Source: Gemmatimonadota bacterium
GTDB taxonomy: Bacteria > Latescibacterota > UBA2968 > UBA8231
Assembly: GCA_038153405.1 (NCBI GenBank)
Contig: JAYOYH010000013.1
Span: 44,334-108,333 of the forward strand
Length of the DNA: 64,000 nt
Direction: 5' to 3'
Part shown: positions 36,029 to 44,745 of the stretch, one piece after another
Numbering within the stretch: position 1 is the first letter of the stretch
How the letters are laid out: every line of letters begins with the position of its first letter
Program-made: the position numbers and the translations under genes
The notes under the pieces: generated by a model
The model's database searches: none
What the model was told of the DNA's origin: nothing
Seen by the model: only the letters and a program-made list of their open reading frames with translations

Positions 36029-37342
36029 ATGATGCAAGCGATGCCGATGGTTTTAGCTTTGATCTCTTGGATTGCAGTTGGCGGCTCGTCATTTGCCCAG
36101 CCACCCGCTGCCGAAGTGGAGCGCGTGCGCAGCGGGCTCGAGCGGATGCTGCGCGACAATATCGTGCCATTCTGGTATCCGCAAGCAATCGACGAGGAAG
36201 GTGGAGGCTATCGGCTCAATCACGACGAGAGCGGAGCCTGGCAGGGCCCAACCGACAAGGCGCTAGTGGGGCAGGCGCGCACGCTGTGGTTTTTTTCGCG
36301 CTTGTACAATGCCGGCTACGGCAGCGAAGCGCACCTGCAGGCGGCCGAGCACGGCTACGCCTTTTTGCGCGACGCGCTGTGGGACGATGCATTTGGCGGA
36401 TTTTTCTGGTCGGTTAGTGCCGATGGCCGGGTCGCCACGCGTCCACACAAACACCTCTACGGCCAGGCCTTCGCCCTCTATGCGTTGGCCGAGTATGCCC
36501 AGGCCAGCGGGCGCAGCGAAGTCCTGCAATGGGCCGATTCGCTGTTTTATCTCATCGAGGAAAAGGCCCACGACGCGGCTTATGGCGGCTATTTAGAGTG
36601 GTTTCGTCGCGACTGGGAGCCTGGTCTTGATAGCGGTCAGTATATGGGCGTGTCGGCCGATGTAAAGCTGATGAATACGCACTTGCACTTGATGGAGGCG
36701 CTGACTACTTACTGGCAGCTAAGCGCTGACGAGCTGGCGCGCGAACGCTTGCTCGAGCTGCTCTTCGTGCAGAGCAATGCCGTGGTGCGCAAGGGGATGG
36801 GAGCCTGCACGGACCAGTATACGCGCGACTGGACGCCTTTACTCAATGCGGGACGCGCGCGCGTTTCCTACGGTCACGATGTCGAAAATACTTGGCTGTT
36901 GGCCGCCGCTTGCCGCGCGGTCGGCGTGCCCAACGGCCCGCTGATCGACCTGTATCGGCTGCTGGTTGACAACGCGCTGCACTTTGGCTTTGACTCGGTT
37001 CGCGGCGGCTTCTATGAAGCCGGTGCATTGGGGGTATCGGCCGATGCCCGCAACAAGGTGTGGTGGGTGCAGGCCGAAGGCTTGGTGGCGCTGCTCTCGC
37101 TCTTCCAACTAACGGGCGATAGGGCGTATTGGAATGCCTTTATCGCTACCTACGACTGGATTGAAGCCCATCAGGTCGATTGGCAAGGGGGAGATTGGCA
37201 CGCTGAAGTGACGGTCGACGGTCGCACATCGGGGGACAAGGCCAATGCTTGGAAGAGCCCCTACCACAATGGGCGCGCCGTCTTGGAGTGTCTAGCCCGC
37301 TTGGAAAACCTATCTTCTGCTGGGCCTGAAGAACGTCGTTAA
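36029..37342 (+). CDS. AGE/cellobiose 2-epimerase family protein with signal peptide
   Basis: QARTLWFFS, YGQAFALY, MNTHLHLMEA, SYGHDVE..WL, WWVQAE, WKSPYHNGRA; hydrophobic N-terminus ending SFA|Q. Confidence 0.88.
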   Translation: MMQAMPMVLALISWIAVGGSSFAQPPAAEVERVRSGLERMLRDNIVPFWYPQAIDEEGGGYRLNHDESGAWQGPTDKALVGQARTLWFFSRLYNAGYGSEAHLQAAEHGYAFLRDALWDDAFGGFFWSVSADGRVATRPHKHLYGQAFALYALAEYAQASGRSEVLQWADSLFYLIEEKAHDAAYGGYLEWFRRDWEPGLDSGQYMGVSADVKLMNTHLHLMEALTTYWQLSADELARERLLELLFVQSNAVVRKGMGACTDQYTRDWTPLLNAGRARVSYGHDVENTWLLAAACRAVGVPNGPLIDLYRLLVDNALHFGFDSVRGGFYEAGALGVSADARNKVWWVQAEGLVALLSLFQLTGDRAYWNAFIATYDWIEAHQVDWQGGDWHAEVTVDGRTSGDKANAWKSPYHNGRAVLECLARLENLSSAGPEERR

Positions 37343-37402
37343 ATGCGGCTTGGCGCGCGCAAAAGGCCTTTCGGTGGGCGCTCTTGCGCCCTTCGGCGCA
37401 GA

Positions 37403-38140
37403 TCAGCGCAGGGCGACCATCTCCTGCAGATCGCGGCGAAATATCCAGGTGCCCTCTTGAACGAAATGCGTTGCAAAAGCGCGGCGTGGCCGGTCGGTTG
37501 AGTGGTTAGCATAGGAGCCGTGCACGGTCATTCCAGTAAAAAACACGCCCGCTCCGCAGGGCACGCTAAGGCGCGTTATTTCCTCCTCGCGCAGGCCCTT
37601 GATATCAAAAGAGTGCATTGTCTCCTCCCACGCCTCGCCCTGTCGGTCGCTCATCGGATAGACCTGTTCCCACGAAGTGTGTTCGCCTGGGTTGCGCACG
37701 CGATCGAAGTCGTAGAGCCCGCTGTGGTTGCTCTTGGGCACAACGCACAGGCCGCCGTTGTCGCCGTCCGTATCGCTGAGGGCGATCCAGCAGGCCATTA
37801 GCGTATTGGGCTCGTTGCGTATGTAGTGGGTATCCTGGTGGAGGGCCACGCCGGTGCCGCCGGAGGGCGCCTTGTTCATGTACATGGTCTGGACGATCTG
37901 CGGGTGGGGGCCGCCCAGTTGGCGCACGATAACAGCAATGCGGGGGTGATGGGCGATATGAGCCCATTGCTCGTCGACTTTGTGCCGCTGTAGGCCGCGC
38001 GGTCCGTCACCGACGGCGCGCGCTTCGTATGCGATGAATTGTTCGACTTCTTCGGCTGTGAGGAGCTGTTCTACCACTAGGAAGCCTTCCCGGTGAAAGG
38101 CTTCGATCTGCTCGGGGTCGAGGGGGTATGGTTCAGTCAT
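37403..38140 (-). CDS. Phytanoyl-CoA dioxygenase (PhyH) family protein
   Basis: LHQD, CWIAL.D.D.DNGGL.VVP, VHGS..N....RRA. Confidence 0.9.
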   Translation of the reverse strand: MTEPYPLDPEQIEAFHREGFLVVEQLLTAEEVEQFIAYEARAVGDGPRGLQRHKVDEQWAHIAHHPRIAVIVRQLGGPHPQIVQTMYMNKAPSGGTGVALHQDTHYIRNEPNTLMACWIALSDTDGDNGGLCVVPKSNHSGLYDFDRVRNPGEHTSWEQVYPMSDRQGEAWEETMHSFDIKGLREEEITRLSVPCGAGVFFTGMTVHGSYANHSTDRPRRAFATHFVQEGTWIFRRDLQEMVALR

Positions 38141-38172
38141 GCGGCGCTCGTTTCTCTTAGCGGTTCAAGGGC

Positions 38173-38202
38173 AAAATAGGGCTTTCTCTCCGGCTGTGTC
38201 AA
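38173..38202 (-). promoter_or_regulatory. Putative sigma70 promoter (PhyH gene)
   Basis: Minus strand TTGACA-N18-TATTTT. Confidence 0.4.
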
Positions 38203-38220
38203 GCGTTGGAGAATTTGTAA

Positions 38221-38249
38221 TAGACACCCATAACTTTTTTATATATATT
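38221..38249 (+). promoter_or_regulatory. Putative sigma70 promoter of the murG-mraY pair
   Basis: TAGACA-N17-TATATT in an AT-rich divergent intergenic region. Confidence 0.5.
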
Positions 38250-38371
38250 TGCTTACGCAATTTTTGTTAGGGGGTAAATCGCGTTTTTTTACACCTAGTT
38301 AAGACCGCGCCGGTCGCCTGAGCACGAGGCCGATAGATGGCGCGTAAACTCTGGTAAAGCGGCGTTGGGCG

Positions 38372-40396
38372 ATGAGATATCTGCTTACAGGAGGGGGAAC
38401 GGGAGGGCACGTCTATCCGGCGTTGGCCATTGCCGAGGAAATTCGCCGTCGGCAGGGCGATGCCCGATTCCTCTACGTGGGGCGACGCGATAAATTGGAG
38501 GCGTGGGCGGTTCCCGCTCGCGATTTTCCGATCCGCTTTGTGCGCGCGCGTCCCTATCCTCGCTCGCGCTCTGTGCGCGCTCTGGCCGCCTTCGCTCTCG
38601 TTCTGGCCTGGGGTATGGTTCAGAGCGCATTCATTTTGCTGCGCTTTCGCCCTCAGGTCATCATTGGCACCGGTGGCTACGTCAGTGCCCCCATCCTCTT
38701 TGCACACGGCCTGCTACAGAAAATCGGGCTGTCGGGGGCCCGCGTTTTCCTCTATGAGCCCAATGCCCATCCCGGCATGCTCAACCAGGTCGTCGGTCGC
38801 TTGGCCCACCGAGTGGGCATCGCCTTTGAACAGGCCGGCCGCTGGTTTGATATGAAGCGCGTCGCCGTGGTTGGCTATCCAGTGCGAAGCGAATTCCTCG
38901 AACTCGACCGGGACGGGGCGCGCGCGGCGCTGGGTTTGGATCCACAAGCACAGGTCGTGCTGGTATTTGGCGGGTCCGGCGGGGCGCGCGTCGTCAACGA
39001 GGCGTTGGTCGCGGCGCTGCCCGCTCTGGCCAGTCTAAGCAACCTGTGCGTGCTGCACATCACCGGCCGCTACCGCGGTCCAGACTACGATGCTGTGGCC
39101 GATACGCAGAATGCCGTGGCCCAATTGGCGTTGGCCAACGACGCGGGGTGGTATCGCCCGCTGGAGTACATGGACGATATCCACTTGGCCTACGCCGCGG
39201 CCGACTTGGTCGTATGCAGAGGCGGTGCCGGCACGCTGACGGAGCTGTGCGTGGCGAGAAAGCCCGCGCTTATCGTGCCGCTGGCCACAGCAGCCGAAGA
39301 TCACCAGGCGGCCAATGCGCGAGAAATGGAAAGGCTGGGCGCTGCTCAGGTCATATACCAGCGCGCGCGCTGGGGCGATGGCGGGATGGAAAGCGCGGTC
39401 GACGGTGGGGAGTTGGGACAGCGGTTGCAGGCCCTACTCGGCGACCCGGAGCGTCTCGGCGCCATGGCGCGCGCTGCCTCCAAGCTGCCGCGGCGCGATA
39501 GTTTGGCGCTGATCATGGACGAGATAGACCACTTGGCTACCGAACGCCGCGGCGCGCCGCTCAATCTGGAGTTCCCGCTGCGCCGCAGCGGTCCGCCGGC
39601 CGATGCCAATGCGCTGCTGCGCTGGGCACGGGCTCAGCTGCGCGAGGCGGGCGGCATCGAGGCGATGGCGCCCGGCGATCTGGCTTATCTGCGCTATCAG
39701 GCCGATCGCTTGCTGGTATCGCGCGCCTGGTACGAAGTGCCGCTGGGAAGGCGCAATGTCGGCATCAAGCTGGTCGGTCTGCTGGGCTACGAGGCGCAGC
39801 GGCCGCTGCTGCTGAAGATCTTGCTGGACCGCCTACCGGTTTCTCGCCTGCAGCGCCTGTGTGGAGGAGACTATCAGCACGGCGGCATTGTGCGGCGCAA
39901 CGTCGTCGAATGGGGCATCGGCCAGCTAGGAGCCGGCGATTCGTCCACGCGGGCAGCGCTGGCCAGAGCGCTCGTGGAAGATCCCTATTTCGAAGTGCGC
40001 GCGGCCTCGGCGCGCATCCTCGGCGAAGCAGGTTTTGCCGAAGATGCGGTAGATGCGGCTCTGATGCAGGCGCTTGACGATCGCTCGCCAGATGTCGTGG
40101 TCGCAGCACTTAACGCACTGGGCCAGGTGGGCACGGACAGCCAACTGCTGTCCCGGCTGCGCGGTTTCTATCTACATCCCAATGGGCAGGTTCGCCAGGG
40201 CGTGGTGGGGGCGCTGGCTCGCGGCGTAGAACGCGGGGTCTTTAGCGCCGACGAGGTGGCGCGCGACCTCGATGAGATCATTGCATCGTCGCCCCACTTT
40301 ACGCCGACTTTTGCGCTCAACGAAGCGCTGAGCGCGCTGTCGCAGCAGGTTGGGGCGGGGCGCGAGGGCGGCAGCCGCGACGTGCGCGTCCTATGA
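38372..40396 (+). CDS. murG: MurG-like GT28 GlcNAc transferase fused to a C-terminal HEAT-repeat domain
   Basis: TGGGTGGHVYPALA, GTGGYVS, EPNA.PG, GYPVR, FGGSGGA, CRGGAGTLTE, DHQ..NA; then ~285 extra aa with D.YFEVR.A.A..LG, D.SPDVV.AA..ALG, HPN.QVR..VV.AL. Confidence 0.88.
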   Translation: MRYLLTGGGTGGHVYPALAIAEEIRRRQGDARFLYVGRRDKLEAWAVPARDFPIRFVRARPYPRSRSVRALAAFALVLAWGMVQSAFILLRFRPQVIIGTGGYVSAPILFAHGLLQKIGLSGARVFLYEPNAHPGMLNQVVGRLAHRVGIAFEQAGRWFDMKRVAVVGYPVRSEFLELDRDGARAALGLDPQAQVVLVFGGSGGARVVNEALVAALPALASLSNLCVLHITGRYRGPDYDAVADTQNAVAQLALANDAGWYRPLEYMDDIHLAYAAADLVVCRGGAGTLTELCVARKPALIVPLATAAEDHQAANAREMERLGAAQVIYQRARWGDGGMESAVDGGELGQRLQALLGDPERLGAMARAASKLPRRDSLALIMDEIDHLATERRGAPLNLEFPLRRSGPPADANALLRWARAQLREAGGIEAMAPGDLAYLRYQADRLLVSRAWYEVPLGRRNVGIKLVGLLGYEAQRPLLLKILLDRLPVSRLQRLCGGDYQHGGIVRRNVVEWGIGQLGAGDSSTRAALARALVEDPYFEVRAASARILGEAGFAEDAVDAALMQALDDRSPDVVVAALNALGQVGTDSQLLSRLRGFYLHPNGQVRQGVVGALARGVERGVFSADEVARDLDEIIASSPHFTPTFALNEALSALSQQVGAGREGGSRDVRVL

Positions 40397-41499
40397 TTTA
40401 CTACGTCGGAATCTACCTACAGGAAGTGTTCGCCGCGCTGTCCTTTCTGCGCCTGGTGGATTCCATCAGCTTTCGCGCCCTCTGCGGAGCCATAACCGCC
40501 CTGCTTTTGACGATTTTCTTTGGCGAGCGCGTCATTCTCTATTTTTACCGCCTCGGGCACCGCGATCGGCCGCGCAACTACCTCAACTATTCCTCTGTCG
40601 GCAATCCTTCCAAAACCTACGGCGGTCCGCTGCTGGTTGCGGTTATTCTGATCAGCGTGGTGCTTTGGTGCAAACTGCACACCGGCTTCGTGCTGCTATG
40701 CCTAGGGGGATTGCTGTTTTTTGCCGGATTGGGCTGGGTCGACGACTACTTGAAAGTGCGTCATCGCAGCAGCGATCACGGCCTCTCCGAAACGGCGAAA
40801 TTGGCCCTGCAGGGAGGATATTGTCTGGCCTTTGGGACCGTATACGCCACAGCTGATTTGACGCCGCTGCCGGCCGAGGTCGCCACGCAGCTGTATGTGC
40901 CTTTCCTCAAATACCCGCTAATCGACCTCTCCTGGTTTTACGTTCCCTTTATCGCGTTCACCATTACGGCAATATCTAACTCGGTAAATATCGCCGACGG
41001 CGTCGATGGGTTGGCGGTTGTCCCCACGGCTTTTGTCGTAGCGGTCTTCGGCGTATTTGCCTACATATCCAGCCACGCGCGCTTTGCCGAGTTCCTCATC
41101 TTTCCCTTTATGCCCGGCGTAGGCGAGGTGGCCATTATTTGCTCGATCGTCTTTGGTGCGTGTTTGGGTTTTCTGTGGTTTAATTCGTATCCGGCCAATG
41201 TGATTATGGGCGATACGGGTTCGATGGCGCTCGGCGGTCTGCTCGGCACGGTGGCCGTGTTAGTCAAGCAGGAGTTTCTCTTTTTAATCGTCGGTGGGAT
41301 CTTTGTCGCCGAAGCCCTTTCGGTCATCATCCAGGACAAGATCGGCGTCAAATGGCTGGGGCGGCGTTTCTTTGCGCGCGCACCCATTCATCACCACTTT
41401 CAGCAGCGGGGTCTGGCCGACACTAAGATCGTCATTCGCTTTTGGATCGTAGCGGGTATATTGGCCCTGTGTGGGTTGGCCACGATTAAGATCCGCTAG
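40393..41499 (+). CDS. mraY: Phospho-N-acetylmuramoyl-pentapeptide transferase (divergent)
   Basis: DDYLK, SNSVNIADGVDGL, FLWFN..PA...MGDTGS.ALGG, E.LSV.IQ, APIHHHFQ, KIVIRFWI; ATGA overlap with murG. Confidence 0.92.
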   Translation: MIYYVGIYLQEVFAALSFLRLVDSISFRALCGAITALLLTIFFGERVILYFYRLGHRDRPRNYLNYSSVGNPSKTYGGPLLVAVILISVVLWCKLHTGFVLLCLGGLLFFAGLGWVDDYLKVRHRSSDHGLSETAKLALQGGYCLAFGTVYATADLTPLPAEVATQLYVPFLKYPLIDLSWFYVPFIAFTITAISNSVNIADGVDGLAVVPTAFVVAVFGVFAYISSHARFAEFLIFPFMPGVGEVAIICSIVFGACLGFLWFNSYPANVIMGDTGSMALGGLLGTVAVLVKQEFLFLIVGGIFVAEALSVIIQDKIGVKWLGRRFFARAPIHHHFQQRGLADTKIVIRFWIVAGILALCGLATIKIR

Positions 41500-41986
41500 G
41501 CTGCGCCCCACCCATGAGTGCGAGGGCAAAGACAAAGAGGGACAAGACGAGTGTCGCGGTGCCCGCCGCGACCCAAGTGGGAAGGGGTGGGGTACCCTCG
41601 GCGCCCGCTTCGCGTTGGTAGAGCCTGTATTCGCGCGCGAAGAGGACGTGGGTCGAAACCAGAGATGCGATAAGGGCCACGGTGAGAAGGGCGGCGCTGG
41701 AAGCGCCTGCAGCGAAGGGCGTCGCCATGCTTGCAGCGTACGAAAAGGCGTTGATGCAGAGGGGATATGCGCGTGCGCGAAGGGCGTAGATGACCAAGCC
41801 GAGAGCAAACGAGGCCACCGCCATCGACGAAAGTAGATACAGCGCATCGAGTTCGGTCAGGAGCAGTCCCAGACCACCGGCTACCAGCCAGTGCAGCCAC
41901 ATGCCGCTATAGGCGTAGAGGAACGGCGGTCTGAGCGAAGTCGCGTGTCCCACCAGATGCTGTGAAAACGACAGGTGAGAAGGCAC
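41486..41986 (-). CDS. Hypothetical membrane protein (4-5 TM)
   Basis: Hydrophobic ORF; GGAG RBS before GTG at 41986; sigma70 promoter upstream. Confidence 0.6.
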   Translation of the reverse strand: MPSHLSFSQHLVGHATSLRPPFLYAYSGMWLHWLVAGGLGLLLTELDALYLLSSMAVASFALGLVIYALRARAYPLCINAFSYAASMATPFAAGASSAALLTVALIASLVSTHVLFAREYRLYQREAGAEGTPPLPTWVAAGTATLVLSLFVFALALMGGAQPSGS

Positions 41987-42024
41987 GCGTCGCTCCAAAA
42001 TGGCCAAGAGAAGGGGGGCGGCAA

Positions 42025-42054
42025 AAGATAACCGCGCAGTCGGCCGCCTGTCAA
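42025..42054 (-). promoter_or_regulatory. Putative sigma70 promoter
   Basis: Minus strand TTGACA-N18-TATCTT. Confidence 0.5.
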
Positions 42055-42058
42055 TCCG

Positions 42059-42628
42059 CTAGGCGGCTACGCGCGGCTGCGGCGCTTCCAATCCGCGCTG
42101 CAGGGCCTGTCGCTCCAGATAGCTAACCAGACGAAAACAGCCCTCGTGGGGGTGGATAAAGGCCAGCGCCAGCGCATGTATGGGGCCGCGTTGGTCGCGC
42201 TTGTAGATGCTGCTTTCGACTATGCGGCATTCGATGTGGTCAAATTCCTTGCGCAGAGCGCGGCGCATGGTCTGCAGCGGATCCGTGCCGAGTGTGCCGG
42301 CGCGCGCGGTGCGGTGCAGGCGTTCGACGCGGCGCAGGACCCATTCTTCTATGAAGGCATCGGGGGCGAATACGTCGATGTGGAGGCGTTCGAACTCGGG
42401 CCGTGCGCGCGTGAACAAACAGGCGCCGCCGCCGCTAATGTTGGTCAGCACGCCCGTGTGCCCTTTTCGTCTGCGCTGGGAGTCTTGCCAGTGCGCCTGG
42501 GCCTTGAGCACCGCGTCTATGCGATGGGCGGCGCGGCGCTGGTCTGCCCGCTGCGGTCGGGCACATCGCAGAGAATCGCCAATGGCTAAGGGGAGAGGCG
42601 GCGCATCTCGCTCGGAAAGGGTATGCAT
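42059..42628 (-). CDS. PilZ-domain (c-di-GMP binding) protein
   Basis: QRRAAHR (RxxxR) and NISGGG (D/NxSxxG) motifs; GAGGA RBS. Confidence 0.7.
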   Translation of the reverse strand: MHTLSERDAPPLPLAIGDSLRCARPQRADQRRAAHRIDAVLKAQAHWQDSQRRRKGHTGVLTNISGGGACLFTRARPEFERLHIDVFAPDAFIEEWVLRRVERLHRTARAGTLGTDPLQTMRRALRKEFDHIECRIVESSIYKRDQRGPIHALALAFIHPHEGCFRLVSYLERQALQRGLEAPQPRVAA

Positions 42629-42696
42629 GGCGAACAGTCCTCGTGGCGGGTAAAAAGGGTCCGTACCCCTTGAGATCGGCGAAAACGAACTTTTCT

Positions 42697-42726
42697 TTAA
42701 TATTACTTAATATCACTTAATATCAA
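42697..42726 (+). repeat. Three tandem 10-bp direct repeats TTAATATYAM abutting the recG start
   Basis: TTAATATTAC TTAATATCAC TTAATATCAA ATG. Confidence 0.8.
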
Positions 42727-44745
42727 ATGTCGAAAGTTATTGATTTACTTATAGATAAGGTCCATGGTATAGGCGCTAAAAGGGCGGCGGTACTCAATGA
42801 AGCGGGCATTTTCTCGCTCGGCGACCTGCTGTGGTATCGACCGCGCCGCTATGTAGACCGCACCCGCATCGTGCCGATCGGCCGGGCGCCCATTGGCGAG
42901 GAGATAACGCTGATAGGGTTGGTGCGCAGCATGCAATTTATCCCCGGGCGTCGTCCGCGTTTTGTACTGGTCGTCGAAGACGAGACGGACGACATCACCT
43001 GCACCTGGTTTTCTGGTGCACGCTATATGCAGCGCAACTTCAACGAGGGAGATGAACTGGCGCTCAGTGGCAAAGTAGATCTGTTTCAGGGTCGGCGGCA
43101 GATTGTCCATCCCGAGTATGAATTTGTCGCCGCAGCCGGCGAGGGCGACCTGCTGCACACCGGTGGCATCATACCGCTTTACACGTCGAGCGCCGATATG
43201 AAAGAGCGCGGGTTGCGCAGTCGCGCATTTCGCCGCTTGATGCGCGGGGCCTTAGAGGAATTTGCCGAGCAAATCGAAGACGGCCTGCCCCATCCCGTGC
43301 GTTCTCGCCAGCAGCTCATGCCGCTGGCTGATGCCCTGCGCGGTCTCCACTTTCCCCGCGATATGGGCGAAGCAGAACGGGCTCGGCAACGCCTGGCGTT
43401 TGATGAGTTTTTTGATTTGCAGCTGCGTCTAGCTCGCCTGCGCGCGCGCCGTCTGGCCGTCCCGTCGGGCATTGCCTTTCGCCCAAGTCAGGAGCGAATA
43501 CCGCAGCTGCTCGCTTCGCTGCCGTTTGCTCTGACGGCCGCGCAGCAGCGCGTAGTGGACGAAATCGCGGCCGATATGCAGCAACCGCACCCGATGAATC
43601 GCCTGGTGCAGGGCGATGTGGGGTCGGGCAAGACGCTGGTCGGCTTGTGCGCCATGCTGACGGCGGTCGAAAATGGCTATCAGTCTGCGCTTATGGCCCC
43701 GACGGAAATTCTCGCCGAGCAGCACTTTCTGACCGTGCGTGGATTGGTCGAACCGCTGGGTTTGCAGGTCGTGCTAGCCAAGGGTAAGCAGCGAGTTAAG
43801 GCGCGGCGTCAGGTGCAGGAAGCGCTGGCAAGTGGTTCGGCGCAAATCGCGGTGGGAACGCATGCGCTCATCCAGACAGAAATCGAGTTTGCCCGGTTGG
43901 GATTGGCCGTCGTCGACGAGCAGCATCGATTCGGGGTCGCTCAGCGCGGCGCTCTGTATAAAAAGGGAGAAAAACCCGACCTGCTCGTCATGACGGCCAC
44001 GCCTATTCCCCGCACGCTGGCGCTGACGCTCTATGGGGATTTGGACGTCTCGCTGATCGACCAACTGCCGCCGGGACGCCAGCCCATTCGCACGGCGCGG
44101 CGGGGCGCCGATCGCCGCGAGGCCATATTTGAATTTGCCGCCGACCAGATGCGTCAGGGGCGCCAGGTCTACGTAGTCTATCCGCTCGTGGAGGAATCGG
44201 AAAAAATGGATCTCAAATCGGCGGTGGAGTCGCACGCGGAATTGGCCGGTGGCATGCTGGGCGAATTTGAAGTAGGACTGTTGCACGGACGCATGGAGGC
44301 CGAGGAGAAAGCCGCCGTAATGGAGGCGTTTAAGGCCAATAGATTACAGGCCCTAGTCAGCACGACGGTTATCGAAGTGGGGGTCGACGTGCCCAATGCC
44401 ACGGTGATGATCGTCGAGCACGCCGAGCGCTTTGGACTGGCGCAGCTGCACCAGCTGCGCGGGCGGGTCGGCCGTGGAACGGCCCAATCGTTCTGCATTC
44501 TAGTCGACTATCACCAGCAGGCGCCAGAGGGTTCCGATGCTGGGGAACGCCTGGAAGCCATGGTGTCGACGCAGGACGGTTTTGTCATTGCCGAAAAGGA
44601 TCTGCAGATTCGCGGCCCCGGCGAGTTCTTTGGCACGCGACAGGCCGGATTGCCGGAGTTTAAGGTCGCCGATATCCTGCGCGACGAAGCGTTGCTCGCG
44701 GCCGCGCGAGTAGAGGCCGAGGCGCTGGTTGGGGAGGAAGCGTGA
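42727..44745 (+). CDS. recG: ATP-dependent DNA helicase RecG
   Basis: Wedge domain (PRRY.D, HPEYE), RLVQGDVGSGKT, APTEILA.QH, DEQHRFG, MTATPIPRTL, QLRGRVGRG, DL.IRGPGE..G.RQ.G. Confidence 0.97.
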   Translation: MSKVIDLLIDKVHGIGAKRAAVLNEAGIFSLGDLLWYRPRRYVDRTRIVPIGRAPIGEEITLIGLVRSMQFIPGRRPRFVLVVEDETDDITCTWFSGARYMQRNFNEGDELALSGKVDLFQGRRQIVHPEYEFVAAAGEGDLLHTGGIIPLYTSSADMKERGLRSRAFRRLMRGALEEFAEQIEDGLPHPVRSRQQLMPLADALRGLHFPRDMGEAERARQRLAFDEFFDLQLRLARLRARRLAVPSGIAFRPSQERIPQLLASLPFALTAAQQRVVDEIAADMQQPHPMNRLVQGDVGSGKTLVGLCAMLTAVENGYQSALMAPTEILAEQHFLTVRGLVEPLGLQVVLAKGKQRVKARRQVQEALASGSAQIAVGTHALIQTEIEFARLGLAVVDEQHRFGVAQRGALYKKGEKPDLLVMTATPIPRTLALTLYGDLDVSLIDQLPPGRQPIRTARRGADRREAIFEFAADQMRQGRQVYVVYPLVEESEKMDLKSAVESHAELAGGMLGEFEVGLLHGRMEAEEKAAVMEAFKANRLQALVSTTVIEVGVDVPNATVMIVEHAERFGLAQLHQLRGRVGRGTAQSFCILVDYHQQAPEGSDAGERLEAMVSTQDGFVIAEKDLQIRGPGEFFGTRQAGLPEFKVADILRDEALLAAARVEAEALVGEEA

